Shown piece after piece: positions 12,851 to 26,920 of a stretch of 64,000 nucleotides of DNA. Where the stretch lies: assembly GCA_010093815.1 (NCBI GenBank), contig ML996570.1; one strand, written 5' to 3'. Made by a program: the position numbers and the translations under genes. The notes under the pieces are model-generated. The model saw nothing but the letters and a program-made list of their open reading frames with translations, did no database searches and was not told where the DNA came from. This DNA is from Pseudovirgaria hyperparasitica. Taxonomy: Eukaryota. How positions within the stretch are numbered: position 1 is the stretch's first letter; each line of letters begins with the position of its first letter.

Positions 12851-15126
12851 TTGAAGTGGATGGATGTGTTTGTTCACTGGTCCCCTATTGTGTACTGATA
12901 CTAAAGCAACATGAGGAGACTTTTTCTTGGTTGTTAGACCTGTTCATATACCAAATGGCTGACTGACCTGGCACAGAGGACAGAGTGAGGAGTATCAGCT
13001 TGATTCTGCAGAACACACCTCGCCTCTTTTTATTTATATCATGCTTCCTTCTATGAATGACGGCTATATGTACGTCGAATTATGCTGTGTCTTTCGAACA
13101 GATTATCGTCCTAGGCCCGGAGATGGTTCATGGTGTTTTGGGGGATATGCTCAGGAGTACAGATATTGATTGTCTGTTTGTTGGCCTACTCGCCTAAAGC
13201 TCTACTGCACTACTCGAGGAATCCAAGTCAGGCCGTGAACAAATACGCTTAGGGGTCTCTACTAGCCAGTGTTGACTACGACGCCTATTCCTTATGTGGT
13301 AGTAAAGGCGGAGTTTACAAGGGAAATATAGATAGTAACACGAGGTCGTGAGATAACAAAGATCGACTGGCGAGATCAGTGAAATATGAGCATTACTACA
13401 ATCTTGGAGTCGGTTATAGCGACGACGAGTGGGCTTGATAATGTAAATCTGCGCTGAACTGTTCATCGATGTCGTACCCATAGCAAAAATTTATGGGAAT
13501 CCGATCCGCAATTCCGGTGGAGAGCTTACTCTCAATGGCAATGGTAGTTGCTGCTTGTGCTTGCGAATCAACATCGTCTCTCTGAACGGATATGATTAAG
13601 TCCTCTGTCCTACTGAAGGCTAGGGAAGTAGTTGATGGTAAACTTCTGCAGGGCGGACACCACACCTGTGTCTGAACCATTGCAATTTGGGCCAGAATGG
13701 AGTCCCGTACTTTGGGAAAGGTAGACTTGGGGGAAATTTGGCCTTCAGGCAACTGATATTGGTCATATACGAGTCGACCACAGCTCTTGTCGAGTTTGGC
13801 TCGAGTTGGTAGTACAGTAGGAGCCATTCTACATCGACTGTAATTATTCCTACTGGTCTATAAAGAGCATACCTCTATCATACTGTAGATATTTGAACAA
13901 TATCAACATCTGAGAAAAGCGGTCATTATAGAGGCTGTAACCGAGCTCAGTGTTTCTCCTCCTTGTGCCCAATTTTCGATATGTTTTGTAGCAGCAATAT
14001 ACTACATATCAATCACACAAAACTTGGAATATCCCGCATCTGGTAGCTTTAATTATGCCCCAGACTCTTGATATATGGAAAAGTCCATCCAAGTAACGTA
14101 GCGCGACTTGCCCCGGGACCTACGATCATTTGATGGCTGAAGGATCACAAACGAAACCCAATGGGCTGGAGTAGACTTATCAAAAGCTTCTGTACTACTT
14201 CTTACATGCTTGAGTATATGGTTATATCTCCATTGAAAGAAATACGGTCTTTCATCTTTGGCGCATGTCACCATTGCGCTTGACACCCGTTGTATGGGCT
14301 GAAGTGCTTCGTTTTTGTGCAATGTTTTGGCGTGTATATCGTTGGTCGGTTGTCTCACTTATTCCGATGGCACAGCACATAGAAATGTAAATGTTTTCTC
14401 TATTGCTTAGCTTGGCGGCATTACACAGGATCAGCTCCGTATTGGAGTGCGGCGCGCAGCTTCTACCTACTAGGTTCGCTTGTCGATCCATGCTGACTAA
14501 ACATCGGAGCTTGCAACTTTCGCACACAACGTTGAAGTCGCAAGTATTCACAATCGACGAGCTGCAACCCGTGCTGCATGATAGTCCTCTTACCTATTAC
14601 GATATTCTCCAGATCTACGCTATCACAGAGTCTCTTTGAGCAATGAACGGCGGTACCGTAGCAGCACGAGATCGGGAACACGCGCTCAGGCCAACCTGAA
14701 TCTATGCCTGAGGCATTGAATATGACGGGAGCAAAACCGCCGGCCGGCATCCTATGGGTGAAAGTGCCTATTAGCAGGTGGAGTGGACTCGACTTGATTC
14801 CGGCCTTGATCCTACTACTGCTACTGTTACCTTTCACCCGACTCAATCCTACACAACCTCCACTCGAGTTACTTCTACACGATTGAACACAGCCATCACA
14901 ATGCTCAGTCCATATTCGAATCTGACTTCCGAACTCACCTTCACTCCCTCCACACTTTAAAGCTCTAAAGAGCTTTTGGCCGCCTCGTCCCTACGCGAAT
15001 CTACGCTCTGTTCCACAACCATACCACGCCCGCACTTCTTGCCAATTGGCAGCTGTACGAAAAATTCCTGATCACATCCTAGCGCATGAGAAACTTTGCT
15101 CACCGTTTTCGAGATCTCTTCCAGTC

Positions 15127-17048
15127 ATGTCACAGCGTCAACGGTCGCGTACCTCACAACCGCTGCCCAGTGGCACTGCGCATAGCAATTCCTCCTCCTC
15201 GACATCTTCTACACGCGCAGACCGCGTGACACGATCCATAAATAGACACCAATCCTCCAACAAATCCTCTACGCCTCATTCGTTGTCTTCTGAAGACGGT
15301 GACGAGCCGCTGGCGCTTGCCCAGCACAGCGAGCCTCCACAAACTAGACGCCGAACACGAGCACAAGACGTCGTTGACGATAATACGAAACTAGAAGATG
15401 AAACCGGCGAAGATGCCGGTGAAGAAGACGAGATCACTCGTTGTATTTGTGGTAACCAGGACTATCCTGGTCCACCAATTGATTTGACCAAGCCGATCGA
15501 GGGCCAGCTTGGGGCCGCAGTTGGTGGTGACCCTTCGACTGAGGGAGACTGGTTTCTAGCCTGCGATAAATGTTCTGTCTGGCAGCACGCTGGCTGTGCG
15601 GGCATGATGGTTGAGGCCTCCGAAAATCCTCCACAGTATTTCTGTGAATTATGCAGACCTGATCTTCACAGAGTCGCGCAAAATTCAAGCGGGTATGTCG
15701 TATTCTACAATCCTTCGTATTTGCTACCGTCGTAGGGGTCATCTGAGATTGGTATCCTTGTATGACGGCAATCATGTCACATTATATCCTTGAGAGCTAT
15801 GCAACACAGGCTGACACTGCAATAGACAACGCTACTCTCTATACATCACAGTGCAAAAAAGGGTCCTGCCCAAACCTCCAGTGCGCAAGAGTTCAGTGCC
15901 AAAGGAGGCAGAAGATAAAGCAAGTCGTGAGCGGGCAGCGCGTGAAGCGCTACAAAAGAGACGGTCAACCATGAACAGTCGGGCCGCCGAAGACGAAGAA
16001 GAAGTGCTTCGCAAAGTCATGGAGGAGAGTAAAACGGACGTGGACACTGTTGGGGCAGAAGAAGGTGCCAGTCGCAAAGGCAAGAGGAGCCGCGATGAGA
16101 GTGAAGAGTACGTGGTCCGCTCCCATTCCCTGACAGTGCGATCGCTAATAGTCTGAAGAATACAGCCGGAGCTGAAACGAGCCCGGACCGGATCACATTC
16201 AATCGCGTCTTCCCCTGTTCTAGACTCTGATGACGATACCCCTCTAGCAAAACAGAACGGAAAGAACAGGCCGCGTGGAGCGGCAGCTAAGAGTCAGAAA
16301 GAGAAGGAGTTAAGAGACAAGGAACGTGAGAAAGAGAAGGCTGAGGCAGCCAACAAACGAAGAGGTCGTCTAGAAAGACGGCATGCAGACAGTATGTGTT
16401 ACGGGTTCCTCCTGCATGCGTAGGCTAAAACAAGCAGATCCGGATCTTATAGAAGAGACACCTGTCAATGAGGATACGCCCGTCCCAGGGGATATTCCGG
16501 AGCCCCAGCCTCTCGAGCATGCGCCAGCGAGCGGGCAGACCGCCCCAGCAAAGAAACCACCCCGACCAGCCCCAAAACGGACTAACAGAACAGGGAGAAA
16601 TCAATATACTCGCGATAATCCCACGCCGAACGCTGCGGTATCACCATCACATCTAGACCAATCGCCAAAGTCTCCGCAGACACGCACAAATGGTCAAGAC
16701 ACTGGGACTGGAAGCGATGCTGTCAGTAGCAAGCAAAGACCTAAAAACTCCAGGCTAGAGAAGACAACCTGGCATGAAATCCGCAAGCCAGCCAGCGCGA
16801 TGCTACAATACATTCAACAGCGTCAATTAGAGATGGCAGACAAGGGCAATTCGGTGGCATCTACTACTCTTGGTCGGACAGCAACAACTCTGAATGGCAA
16901 AAAGGAAACCAAAAACATTGATGGAGAGGATACAGATGTCGCGGCAGAGGACTCTTTGGCAAGGTTTAAGAAGCTGAGTCCGTTGGAAATGATGGACCAC
17001 TTGTCACGAGATCTTGAGTTGTGGCAGCAAGCTATGAAAGACTATTGA
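15127..17048 (+). CDS. CTI6: PHD-finger protein, Cti6-like (Rpd3L histone deacetylase complex subunit), 4 exons, about 563 aa
   Basis: PHD finger 'TRCICG...FLACDKCSVWQHAGC...YFCELC' followed by the 'KRRSTMNSRAA' motif. Introns 15693-15825, 16108-16158 and 16392-16437 keep the frame. Confidence 0.8.
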
Positions 17049-18022
17049 TAAATGACTGGGGTGGGATTCGTATGCAATTCAAGCATTGCGGAGGCGTATA
17101 CGGGGAGGGGTGTGGATGCATGAGTCTCTATGGGAGATGCGTATTTCTCAAATTCCAATCTGAGGGATCATTATATGGCGTCAGTGAAGCAGGTCTGGCT
17201 CGACAGTTCACAAAACGATTTTAGGGTATTCTGGCAAGGATCGTATGCAGTAAGGATTATTGTAGTGGCTGTCTACCGCAGGCGTTGGTCAGACAAGCGT
17301 GAAGTCGTCATTGAAACCATTGTACATATAGCAATTGCCCAACACGACACAGTGGAGCAGGATGGTCGGATTTCCAGAGCAGAGATGGGTCCACGGCATT
17401 AACATGTGGACGGGAGCTCATGCAGTAAACCTAAGGCATTTACTACTACTGGAAAGGGGATGGTGGGGACATGCAATTCCTCACACGCATTGGGCAGTTA
17501 GTGGGCTCCTAAGCGTCAACGTCGCACTTGATCTCCGTACCTATTCTCGACAAACTCCTTTAAGTTCATCTATCTACCGTTCACATATCCAAACCATCTT
17601 GTTAGTCTTGCCGTACTCCCTGTGTGGGTCTGCCCTCCTTACTGATGGTTGGATTGCAGTTGCTCTTCGGCTCCAATTTCTAAGCAGTGACTACGTGGAC
17701 ATTGTCCGAGAGCGACCCATTCACCACGTCAGGTACCTAGCATCCTCGCACCACTCTTGTGCTCTGGAATCCAACTCATACATTCTGAGAGTCTCTAGGT
17801 TCGATATCTCCAACGCTTTGGCTACCATTCGTCCTCTGTACATCTGTCCTCCGCAGACGGACTATCCGCCACACAAACAGCTACTTGAAACCGCCGCTAG
17901 AGCTTCAGGATAGCACAGTGGCATTGCTGAACTCGAAGAGACGACGGTAAAGGATCTGAGCAAGCGAAAGACGTCAGAAAATTCAAGAAGAACGGTCTGC
18001 AATCAGGGTCGAAATACCCAGC

Positions 18023-19997
18023 ATGGCAGCTGTTACGGCGGGTGAGTGAAGCCCAACCAGGATTTCTTCCAAGTCTATGCCGACCAACACTTCATTTCTA
18101 TTCCTTCACTTATCACTGCCACACAACACATGACGGTGTTTTCATATTCACTTTGCAATAACATTGCTAATTTGACATCGCTCGCTACAGGGTATGACTG
18201 GCCCCGTTCATCGCCTATGCAACATTCATCTTCAGACACAGCTTCACCGGTTTTCCCAGAAAGACCAATACGGCCCCTACCAAAACGTCGTCTTAGAAAT
18301 CGACTGTCTCCCGAGCAAGCTGACTCCATCGTTTTTCCACCTGCACCTCCAAGCTCAGCTCAGTTATTTAGCTTTCCGTACAGTTCGGTAGACAGAGGGA
18401 ACAGTGCATCTTTTAGACCTCCACGAGCGAGCCAGCATCAACATACCTGCAACTGTGGCCATCATAATTCAGATATAGAAAGCGAGTACGAGGAAGATCA
18501 TCCAATATCCTACGATTCGTCTCCCACAGCGGACAGAAGCTTTCTGAGCGCCCGATCTAATAACAAAGGCCCGGCTATCACCAAGGCTCTCTCGACGACG
18601 TCTTCAGCGGATGGGTACGAGTCGTTCGAGAATACGAATAACAAGAAAAAACGCAAGATACCAAATACAAGCAGCAGTAGTAGCCAGCAGACAAATCTGT
18701 CGGCAGAGATGGCTGGTATGGGTCTTTCACCTAATGGTCGACATGCTGTCGATGATCTTGAAGATGGCCATGTACGTGCATCACCCTCCGCAGCAGCAGC
18801 GACTACTCGAGTGGACATGTCTGGTGCTGGAAGGGGAAGAAATAAAGGCCGTCCACATGGCCAGCGTGTTTCGGGTGCAAATACAGTCAGTATGGGTAGC
18901 GGTTCCAATGGTGCGATGATGCATGGCCAACGTCAGGCGGCCAATGACCCAGGTATGCACGTTCATTGATCCGTATAAACAATATTAACAGCATAGATTC
19001 ACGATCGCAAGGAGGCATCATCTCGACCGCAATTGCTAATGCACAAGCCCAACCGCCTCTAGCTGAAGACGGCATCGGGATCGGGAGCACCAGCCTACTC
19101 CAGAAGCAGGCGTCACGATCATCCCCGAACGCCGGTCAATTCACCTTCACGGTCGAGTCGGAATCTGCGAATCGGATGGTATGGCCAGGACAGGCTGGTG
19201 CATACCCTCCTGGAGTTGACACTCCTGAGGCTAGACGATTGTATGATGCGAACAGGCAGACTACAGGCAGATCTGCTGTTGACGCTGGCAAACGACCCGT
19301 TCATGAGGGCTCTCATCGCAACATGACCGCACATGGAACTCAAAGTGGCCCTGCTGTCAACGGTGCCTATGGGGCAAAGCAGCAATACGCCGAGCACCCG
19401 CCACCTCATGGTGCAGCTCCCAACCAGCAGGCTCCCTCGCCTAGAAAACCACGTCGTAGCCCTGCTAAACAGTATGAGATCGCCGCGCGTCAGCGGAAGA
19501 TTCAACAAGACTTTACCAATTGGCATCATCCACCTCGGAGGGAAGACATGTGGATATGCGAGTTTTGCGAATACGAGGCGATTTTTGGCAGGCCACCTCG
19601 AGCTCTCATATACCAGTATGAGAAGAAAGACAAGCAAGAAAGAAAGAGACTTGCGGAAAAACGGAGGCTTTTGGAGAAGGCTCGGATGAAGGGCAAGAGG
19701 GGTAAGAAGGGAAGCAAGAACTCAAAGGCCAACAACGGCCAACAGACGAATGCAACCAATGCTCATCACACTCAGGTCGGCGATGAGAATATGCGTACAC
19801 ACCCCGATGATCCCTCACAACAAATGACCCAGGAAGAATACTACTCTGATGAATTGGACGACGGAGGTATAGAAAGGCATGATCTTGACTCAGTCGGACA
19901 TCCGCACCACAAAGGACATCGGCCTGCTCCCAACACTGGCCAAGCTCCTGGACCGCCTATAGTAGGTCCTGGGAAAGGGATAGCAAATGGGGCATGA
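18023..19997 (+). CDS. Conserved fungal hypothetical protein (low complexity, basic NLS-like motifs, CxxC motif), 3 exons, about 593 aa
   Basis: 19-nt first exon 18023-18041; introns 18042-18190 and 18953-18996 join in frame. Motifs PERPIRPLPKRRLR, YESFENTNNKKKRKIP and WICEFCEYEAIFG. Confidence 0.75.
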
Positions 19998-20743
19998 TGG
20001 TTACAAGGGTTGGCTGTTGTTGTAGGCTTGCGTGGAACACTCTTCGTTTGGATGTTCCTCCGCTACTGGTTGACTATAGCTTACAACTGGTCGAAGCAGT
20101 TGTTCTCACTAGACATGGTCCCCTCCAGCTCATTTCCCGGCACCTAAGAAACTGAGCTGTGAGTATACTGGCTTATGGCCATCGGGTCCTCCAGTCAGCA
20201 CGCGAGCCGACAGCCTGGCCACCCTGATATAGTAGCCTATTTCCTGTACGTCCCTTTCTTATTCATCTGCGTCCTAGTAGTCCTCGTCCTTTGCATTCTT
20301 GGTTAGGTAGTTCTCGTCATATCCTCATATCACTTCTCCACTCTCTTTAGACTCGTTGCATTGCGTGATGAGCTGGCTGCGCCGTATTCGTCTCGCCCCC
20401 TGGCATGCCACCCATTGCAACACTATGCTTCGGCTCCCAGGCAACCAACCCATGTCACAGTTGAACCAGACATACGACTGACAAGTGAAATACACGTGAT
20501 TGACGGAAGTCAGGTAATGTCGGGATAAGTGCTGTTTGATTCTTCGATCCTTCGATTCTTCGATCAAAAGAGCTGCTTGATACTTCGAAATTCGAATTGA
20601 AAGAGCAAACACGATGGTTCAGGGTTCGTGCAATGGAACAGAAAAGCACCCCAAGCATTGATCAGGGCATTTGAACACGTGGAAGGCCGGAAATCTATAT
20701 CTCCCTCCCCTTTCCCCGGTTGAGCAGCTCCGCACGCTGAGCT

Positions 20744-20838
20744 AGTCAGTCAGTCAGTCAGTCAGTCAGTCAGTCAGTCAGTCAGTCAGTCAGTCAGTCA
20801 GTCAGTCAGTCAGTCAGTCAGTCAGTCAGTCAGTCAGT
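20744..20838. repeat. (AGTC)n tetranucleotide microsatellite, at least 23 perfect copies, running into an assembly gap
   Basis: Directly visible in the sequence. Confidence 0.97.
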
Positions 20839-20973
20839 NNNNNNNNNNNNNNNNNNNNNNNNNNNNNNNNNNNNNNNNNNNNNNNNNNNNNNNNNNNNNN
20901 NNNNNNNNNNNNNNNNNNNNNNNNNNNNNNNNNNNNNNNNNNNNNNNNNNNNNNNNNNNNNNNNNNNNNNNNN
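20839..20973. other. Assembly gap (135 N)
   Basis: Run of N. Confidence 1.
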
Positions 20974-21350
20974 GAGAAAAAAAAAGAGAATTGGATATAG
21001 TCGTTTTCTAGGGATAGAAGACGAGGGAATTGGAAACGTTGGGGGGGGGGCTTGGTTTTGAGAGAAACCACGAGAGGGCTAGCATTTGTCTTAAAGTAAG
21101 GGGTTTTGTGAATCGTTTTGCGCTAATGAGTGAGTGCTCAAGGCGATTTGGATGACTCTGCTATTTGATGTGATTTGAAGATTTGCGTCTAGGTTTTGAG
21201 AAATAGTATGTAAAGACGACATAGTTTATGTTGAACAAAACGCTTAATGGAGATGAATGCTAGGTGTTGACAGAAACAGGAAGAAACAAAACTACTATCG
21301 TAATGTGAACAGCCAGCCAGCCAGCCAAGACCTGTCTGTCAGCAGCACAC

Positions 21351-23505
21351 TCAAACCGCCACCTCGCCATTCGCATTCTGGTCCTTCAAGACGTCCGGAT
21401 TCAGAGGCTTACTCGCATCATACCCCAGCTGTTTGACAATGCCCAACCCTTTCGTCCGGCCCTCACGGAACAATATCCTATCGCCAACAGCGAGATACTC
21501 CGGGCGCTGCACGAAGCGGAAAGCGACAGTCGCGCGGTCGCCCGTGCGGATATAGCTGCGATCGATGTCGATGATCGCACAGGTCTGCGACACGGGTCCG
21601 ACGTGCAGCATGGCCTGGTACTTTGTCTTGATGGTAGTAGCGTGGCTGAGGATCAGGACCTCGGCGACGAAGTCGCGGTATACCTTTGGTGCGGCGGCGG
21701 CGGCGTTTTCGGGCTTGTGCAGGACGACCATGCCTTTGCGGACGTCCTTTCGGCGGACGTTGCGGAGGGCGAGCGAGGCGCTTTGGCCGGCGGAGCAGGC
21801 GGGGACGGGGATGCGTTTGCGCTCGATGGAGCGGACTTTTGTGGTTGTGAATTGGCCGAGGGAGTCTGGGCCGACGAGGATGGTGTCGCCGGTGTGGATG
21901 ACGCCGGATTTGACGACGCCGGAGATGACGGTGCCGACGAAGGGGACGGAGAAGGTGTCGTTGACGTGGAATTCGAGGGGGGCGTCGGCGTTGTAGTTAC
22001 CGTGGTGCGGCAGGATGTTGAGGAACATGCGGACGAGATCGAGGGATTGGCCGGTGACGTTGGAGACTTGGAAGATGGGGCAGATGCGGCGGGAGACGAA
22101 TTGGGTCTGTCAAATTGTTAGGACGAAGGGGCGGATAAAGGGGGTCTAAAGAGTGCTTACAGCGGTGTTGACGCATTCTTCGCGGTTCTTGATGAACACT
22201 GGGATTTTGCGAGCACCTTGGGATTTGAGGATTTTAGTCAATTGCGTTATGGTCTGTTCCAAGATATTTGGCGGGCAGATGTCGATTTTGGTTATGACCA
22301 CCATGACTGGGACATTGAGCGCCAAGGCGATACCGAGATGCTCTCTGCATACAGGTTAGCAAGGTGGAGACAAGGGCTGTAAGTACATAAACTTACTTGC
22401 TCATACCGATGAGGCCGTTATTCGCAGCAACCATTAGAAGACAGTAATTCGGCTCGCTGCTAAGCAGACCAAACACAGTGGTTCGTAGATAACGTTCATG
22501 GCCTGCCAGATCAGTAAAGCTTATCACTTTCGCCTACAGCAAGTCAGGAAAGATGGCGCAACAAGCAAAACCATGACTCACTGATCGTCGTCCAATCTCC
22601 TCCCATGTGAGTTTCCTCCCAGGGACATTAGATGTCACCACATGGCCTTTGGAGTCGAAACCCATAATCTCCATGCCGACCGAGCTAGTTCGACCACTCT
22701 CAATCTCATGTTTATGTCGGAACAGGTTCACACGCGCTTTACCACGGCCATCGTCGAGACCTCCTTTCACCAAAACTCCCAACATGGTACTCTTGCCAGC
22801 ATCCACTGCATGTATCTGTCAGCCAATGCAAATCGAAAGGGACACTCTTGAACAAAGCACTCACCATTTCCAACCACCGCAATCCGCGTCTCAATCACGT
22901 CATCCACCGTCTCTGGCTTCCGACGTATCATCAACTTCCCCGACGAACTCTTATCCTTCGCATTCGCAGGCCCGACATCCTCCTCACCACCCACATTCCG
23001 CGTCATGAGCAATCGACACTCCGCATTCGCCACCACGGCAGCCGCCTCGAGCCGCTCGAGCGCAAAGCCCCAGTCGTCGATGCTGAACCCCATCGAATCG
23101 CCATTATCCTCCAGACCGAGGTCGAACAGCGTCTCGTTGTGGCCCTCGTCCATGCGCACGGTCAAGTGCTCCGCCAGCGCCCTGACGCATTCCTCCGCAT
23201 CCGTCTGCTTGTCCAGCAGCACCTCCCTCAGCCGGATATGGCTAGATTCCTCGTCGAGACCGAGCTGGTCGATTATGTCGAGCTCGTCGTGCTCTTCGAG
23301 GGGGGGCGCCGGGGCGCCTGGTGCTCGTCGGAGGGTCTGTTGCTTCTGGACGTAGTCGGCGAAGTCGCTGAGGGCCTAGTTGTGCAGAGTGCATTTCAGC
23401 TGCTGTTCTACTGGTGCTTCTTCTCCCCCAACAGGTCATACGTACAGATTCTCCCTTCCGGCGGTCTTGTGGTGTCTGTGGCACCTGTTTGGTGGTTGGT
23501 GCCAT
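21351..23505 (-). CDS. GTPBP1/GTPBP2-like translational GTPase (EF-Tu/eEF1A-related), 6 exons, about 623 aa
   Basis: P-loop GN|VDAGKST, '[12 protein letters not shown]', DLAGHE, TKID and C-terminal beta-barrels ([12 protein letters not shown]). Introns 23376-23445, 22806-22864, 22534-22581, 22345-22396 and 22107-22160 give an intact frame. Confidence 0.92.
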
Positions 23506-24161
23506 GCTTGCTGTCGTTGGCTCGTGTGTATATTTAAAGTTCGTGCTCAGGTCAACGTTCGTAATATCCGTAAATAGAGTAATATACGAGTTATGTGGGT
23601 GACGTCCATTAAGTTGTGCATCTGCGCAAGACGAGGTTTCAAGGAGGAGGAGGGAATTAGAAACAAATTGGGGCTGTGAGGGCAATCAATGATCTGTTGA
23701 TTGCTCCTAGAAAGGTGCACGTTGGAGGCAGCGCAGCTAAATAGATATGTGGAGACTCTAATCGATAGAGGAGTCATTGTGGAGTGACTAGTCATCCATG
23801 CTTGGGCCGAGTTCCTGCATTGAGATACCGCCTGTTCCCTACGAGCTTGACTCATTACCATGAACATCTACACAACCACAATTAGTAGTAGCGCACAAAT
23901 AGATACAATGAGTGCGGTCTCTCTGCTTGGACATTATTCGACGATCATCATTACAGGTTCACATGTCGTGTTGTAAATGCATAGATTTACACAAGAGGCA
24001 GATGCTTGGCAAACCAGATCGCGAAGATCCCGTTACTATGGAGTAGGCTAGCTACTGCTACTCCTTCCCCCTTCCCAAAACATTTGGTTACCGAACTTCA
24101 TGGTAATCATTACATTTGTCGGCCTGTTGGTAGACAGCTCTTCCCTAGTCTCAATGGTCAG

Positions 24162-24201
24162 GAATCCAAAGACCTGCAATGAATCCAAAGACGGGCAATG
24201 A
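24162..24201. repeat. Short 19-nt tandem duplication (GAATCCAAAGACnnGCAAT x2)
   Basis: gaatccaaagacctgcaat followed by gaatccaaagacgggcaat, downstream of the SET gene stop codon. Confidence 0.7.
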
Positions 24202-24231
24202 GCAGTCAGTCTCTTGCTCGACCTGCTCCCC

Positions 24232-26577
24232 TCAGCCTATAGTAAAGTGCTTGATAATCTTCTGGTCGTAAGAAGGATCATACGTCTCGTCTTCGCCAAC
24301 AGCTATTCTATAGGCAACCTTGGCGTATCCCTCTGCCTGTATTGCTTTCTTTTCCGCACCACTTGCCCGAAAAGCGGAGCGTACATGCTGGAAAGCCTCG
24401 ACTACGTGATCCAAAAAGTGGCCCCAAGTAACGACACGGAATTCAACATCCGATGCTTCGAAGCCTGTCACGACGAAGCCAAGTGATTCGAGCGCGCTCT
24501 TGCCGTGCACCAGAGCGTCCATATACTTCTTGTCTTGGATGAGGAAGCGTGTCAGGGCCAGTTGCGGGTCAAATATTTTCACACGTGGAACGGCGCTTGT
24601 TGGCTGCGGATATGTCTTCTGCAGAGCATCCAGTGTCCGCTGGATATTGCGAATTGTATCAGGATGATTTAGAGCTAAATCGAAATCTCGCTCTAGCCTC
24701 TTGTGAATCTGTTGTCGCTGCTTCGTGGTCGCTGGCTTGGTCGTTTTGGTGTCAAGACAGATGGTGCACTCGCAACGGAAGCCCCAGTGCTCAAATACAT
24801 TTTCAAGCTTCTTTGCAGGTCTGTAGGTGAAGAGGATCTCGGCGCCGGGCTCGAGATCTCTGGTTGCGCGGACTACCATCATGTCACCAATGAAGGACCT
24901 GTGCGCGTTACTACGACAAGAGTGATTGATGTAGGACGCCTTGATCCAAAAACCGGAGCTGTGGTGCACACTATCTTCTTTTCGACTCGCCGCCATCATT
25001 GTGTCTTTCCATATGCCGATGCTAGAGTCTGGGCAGCCAAAGACATTGAGTGTCATGATACGCTCGACGAGGAAGCTGTGAGCAAGTGTCAGTACAAGGC
25101 TTGTGTTGAGAAGTTTTCTTTAGAAGTATACATACGTATCGACAATTGGTTTATCATCGACAAATGGTGTGCTGGGCGACTCATACTGGCCATGAAACAA
25201 TGTCTTGAATGCTGGTGCGCGAGATGGATTACACCATAGCTTTCGAACCAGTTTTGTCAAGAGATCAGCTTGCGTGCCCAAGAAACCTTGGTTTGTTTCA
25301 ATGTTCATCAACAGAGAGATCTTCGAAGTGTCTCGATTCACCACGGACCCTTCTGATTCGGCGTATGCGTAGCCAAATGCCTTCTCACACAGAAGCAGGT
25401 CGCCAGCCTTGATGGCCTGAGTAGCGAACAGACCGCGCCCTTTGGATGCAGTCTGCCGCACCTCGACAGGCCCAGTGAACGTAGCATGATTCAACTGAGG
25501 AGGGCGCATAGTTCGAGCTAAAGCCTGCATTCTCTTGAAAGGATAGATGCCGGTTGTTTGCTCCGTGATCCTATCACGCGCTCTTGCTAGGGCAGTTGGA
25601 CCATCGCTGTCATTAGAGAAGGCGGAGCAGAATAGCTCGAGAGTCTGGCAGCATTCATCGTATCGTTCAAGATTGTAGAGAGTATCAGCAGCACGGAAGA
25701 GTGCCTTGTTGTTAGGCTGTGCACCAAAGGATGGAAACCCCGTGTCAAGAAGCGCTGCATCGAACTGTCCAGTCTTCAGATATGCTAGCGCTCGATTTCT
25801 TTTGAGCATGGCAAGCTCCTCTTCCGTGACATTTTCATGGTCAATACCCTCGGAGTAGCTGCACGAGTTAGCTGTCAGGCATATCCGAAGTCTCGAAAGA
25901 GGAGTTTCTTACAAATCGATGGCCTCATGGTAACGCTTCTGTGCCACTGCATCATTGCCTTTCTTCTTTAAGGCCTGCACCGAGGCTTTCACCTTTAGCA
26001 TTCGAGATCGCCACTTGGCAGGTACCATGGAGTCGTCATGTTTGGTCCAGACGATGTCCGACAGATGGTCCACGCGAAGGCCGTATCGACCATCTGACGT
26101 GGCCTTGAAGTAAGGCTCCTTGACGATCAGGACTGTACCTTGGCCAAAGAAATCGGTTGCTCTCCGAACTTCCTCGTCCTCCTGTTGATAGATCATCAGC
26201 AGTACCACGTCATCTTTCTCATCTTCCGTAATTGCCATGATAGCACTCATCCTGTTAGGCGGGGTTATGGTCCTCAGAGTGAGGAATCTGCCGCGATGAT
26301 GAGTCTCGAGCTGGAGGTCCTTGATGAAGATAGGTGTCAAATCGACAATGGATGTGGCACAAGGTGCGTAAGCTGGCGGTACGAAGGACGAATGGATTTC
26401 GTGTTGTCGACTCTGCATCACCGTCGAAAGGTATCCCATCATGAAAGTGTTATACGCCTCATCTCGCGATTCGCGGTTGTGCAGTCGCTGACCACGACGC
26501 GACTGAGCTTTATGAAGCAGCTGCCTCTGCGCCTCCAGCGCCTTCATGTATGGTCCCAGGAAAGTATTTGAATCCAT
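24232..26577 (-). CDS. TPR- and SET-domain protein (SMYD-like putative lysine methyltransferase), 3 exons, about 743 aa
   Basis: TPR helices (KKKGNDAV...NRALAYLK...KALFRAA), SET motifs 'KGRGLFATQAIKAGDLLLCEK', 'ASYINHSC', 'EILFTY' and post-SET 'FRCECTIC'. Introns 25859-25912 and 25076-25135. Confidence 0.88.
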
Positions 26578-26920
26578 GATATAGGTGCTCTAGAGTTCGT
26601 CTGAGTTGGGTGAAGGAGAGGTGTTCAGAGACAGGATCAGGCTGGCTATATATATAATGAAATAGATCACATGACAGAGGTAAAGAACTTGTCTTGCGAT
26701 CATGCACTGAACAATCATACGAGGTTGATGTATAGAAGGAAACACATACGCAAACGCACAGATGTTTAAAAACGAAACTCTGAACCACCTTTGAGTATTT
26801 CCATAGCAAAGTCGTGATTGCTGTTCACCTGCTGGATGTGCTGTATTTGTTACAATCCCTGCGTGTGAAATTAGTGGTTGAAAACTGCATTCGCCGAGTT
26901 TCGCGCGTCGAATGGCATTT

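Noticed and set aside
17335..17913. 192-aa TTG-start ORF upstream of the hypothetical gene
   Set aside because: Non-ATG start, composition unlike a globular protein, and it lies in the likely promoter or 5' UTR.
20744..20973. (AGTC)n array as a telomere or CRISPR-like array
   Set aside because: Simple 4-mer with no spacers and not TTAGGG-like; it is adjacent to a gap, so the length is unreliable.
21351..22106. Strongly C-ending codon usage in the last GTPase exon, suggesting foreign origin
   Set aside because: It is part of one continuous, intron-containing conserved gene; within-gene compositional gradients are also seen in other genes here.
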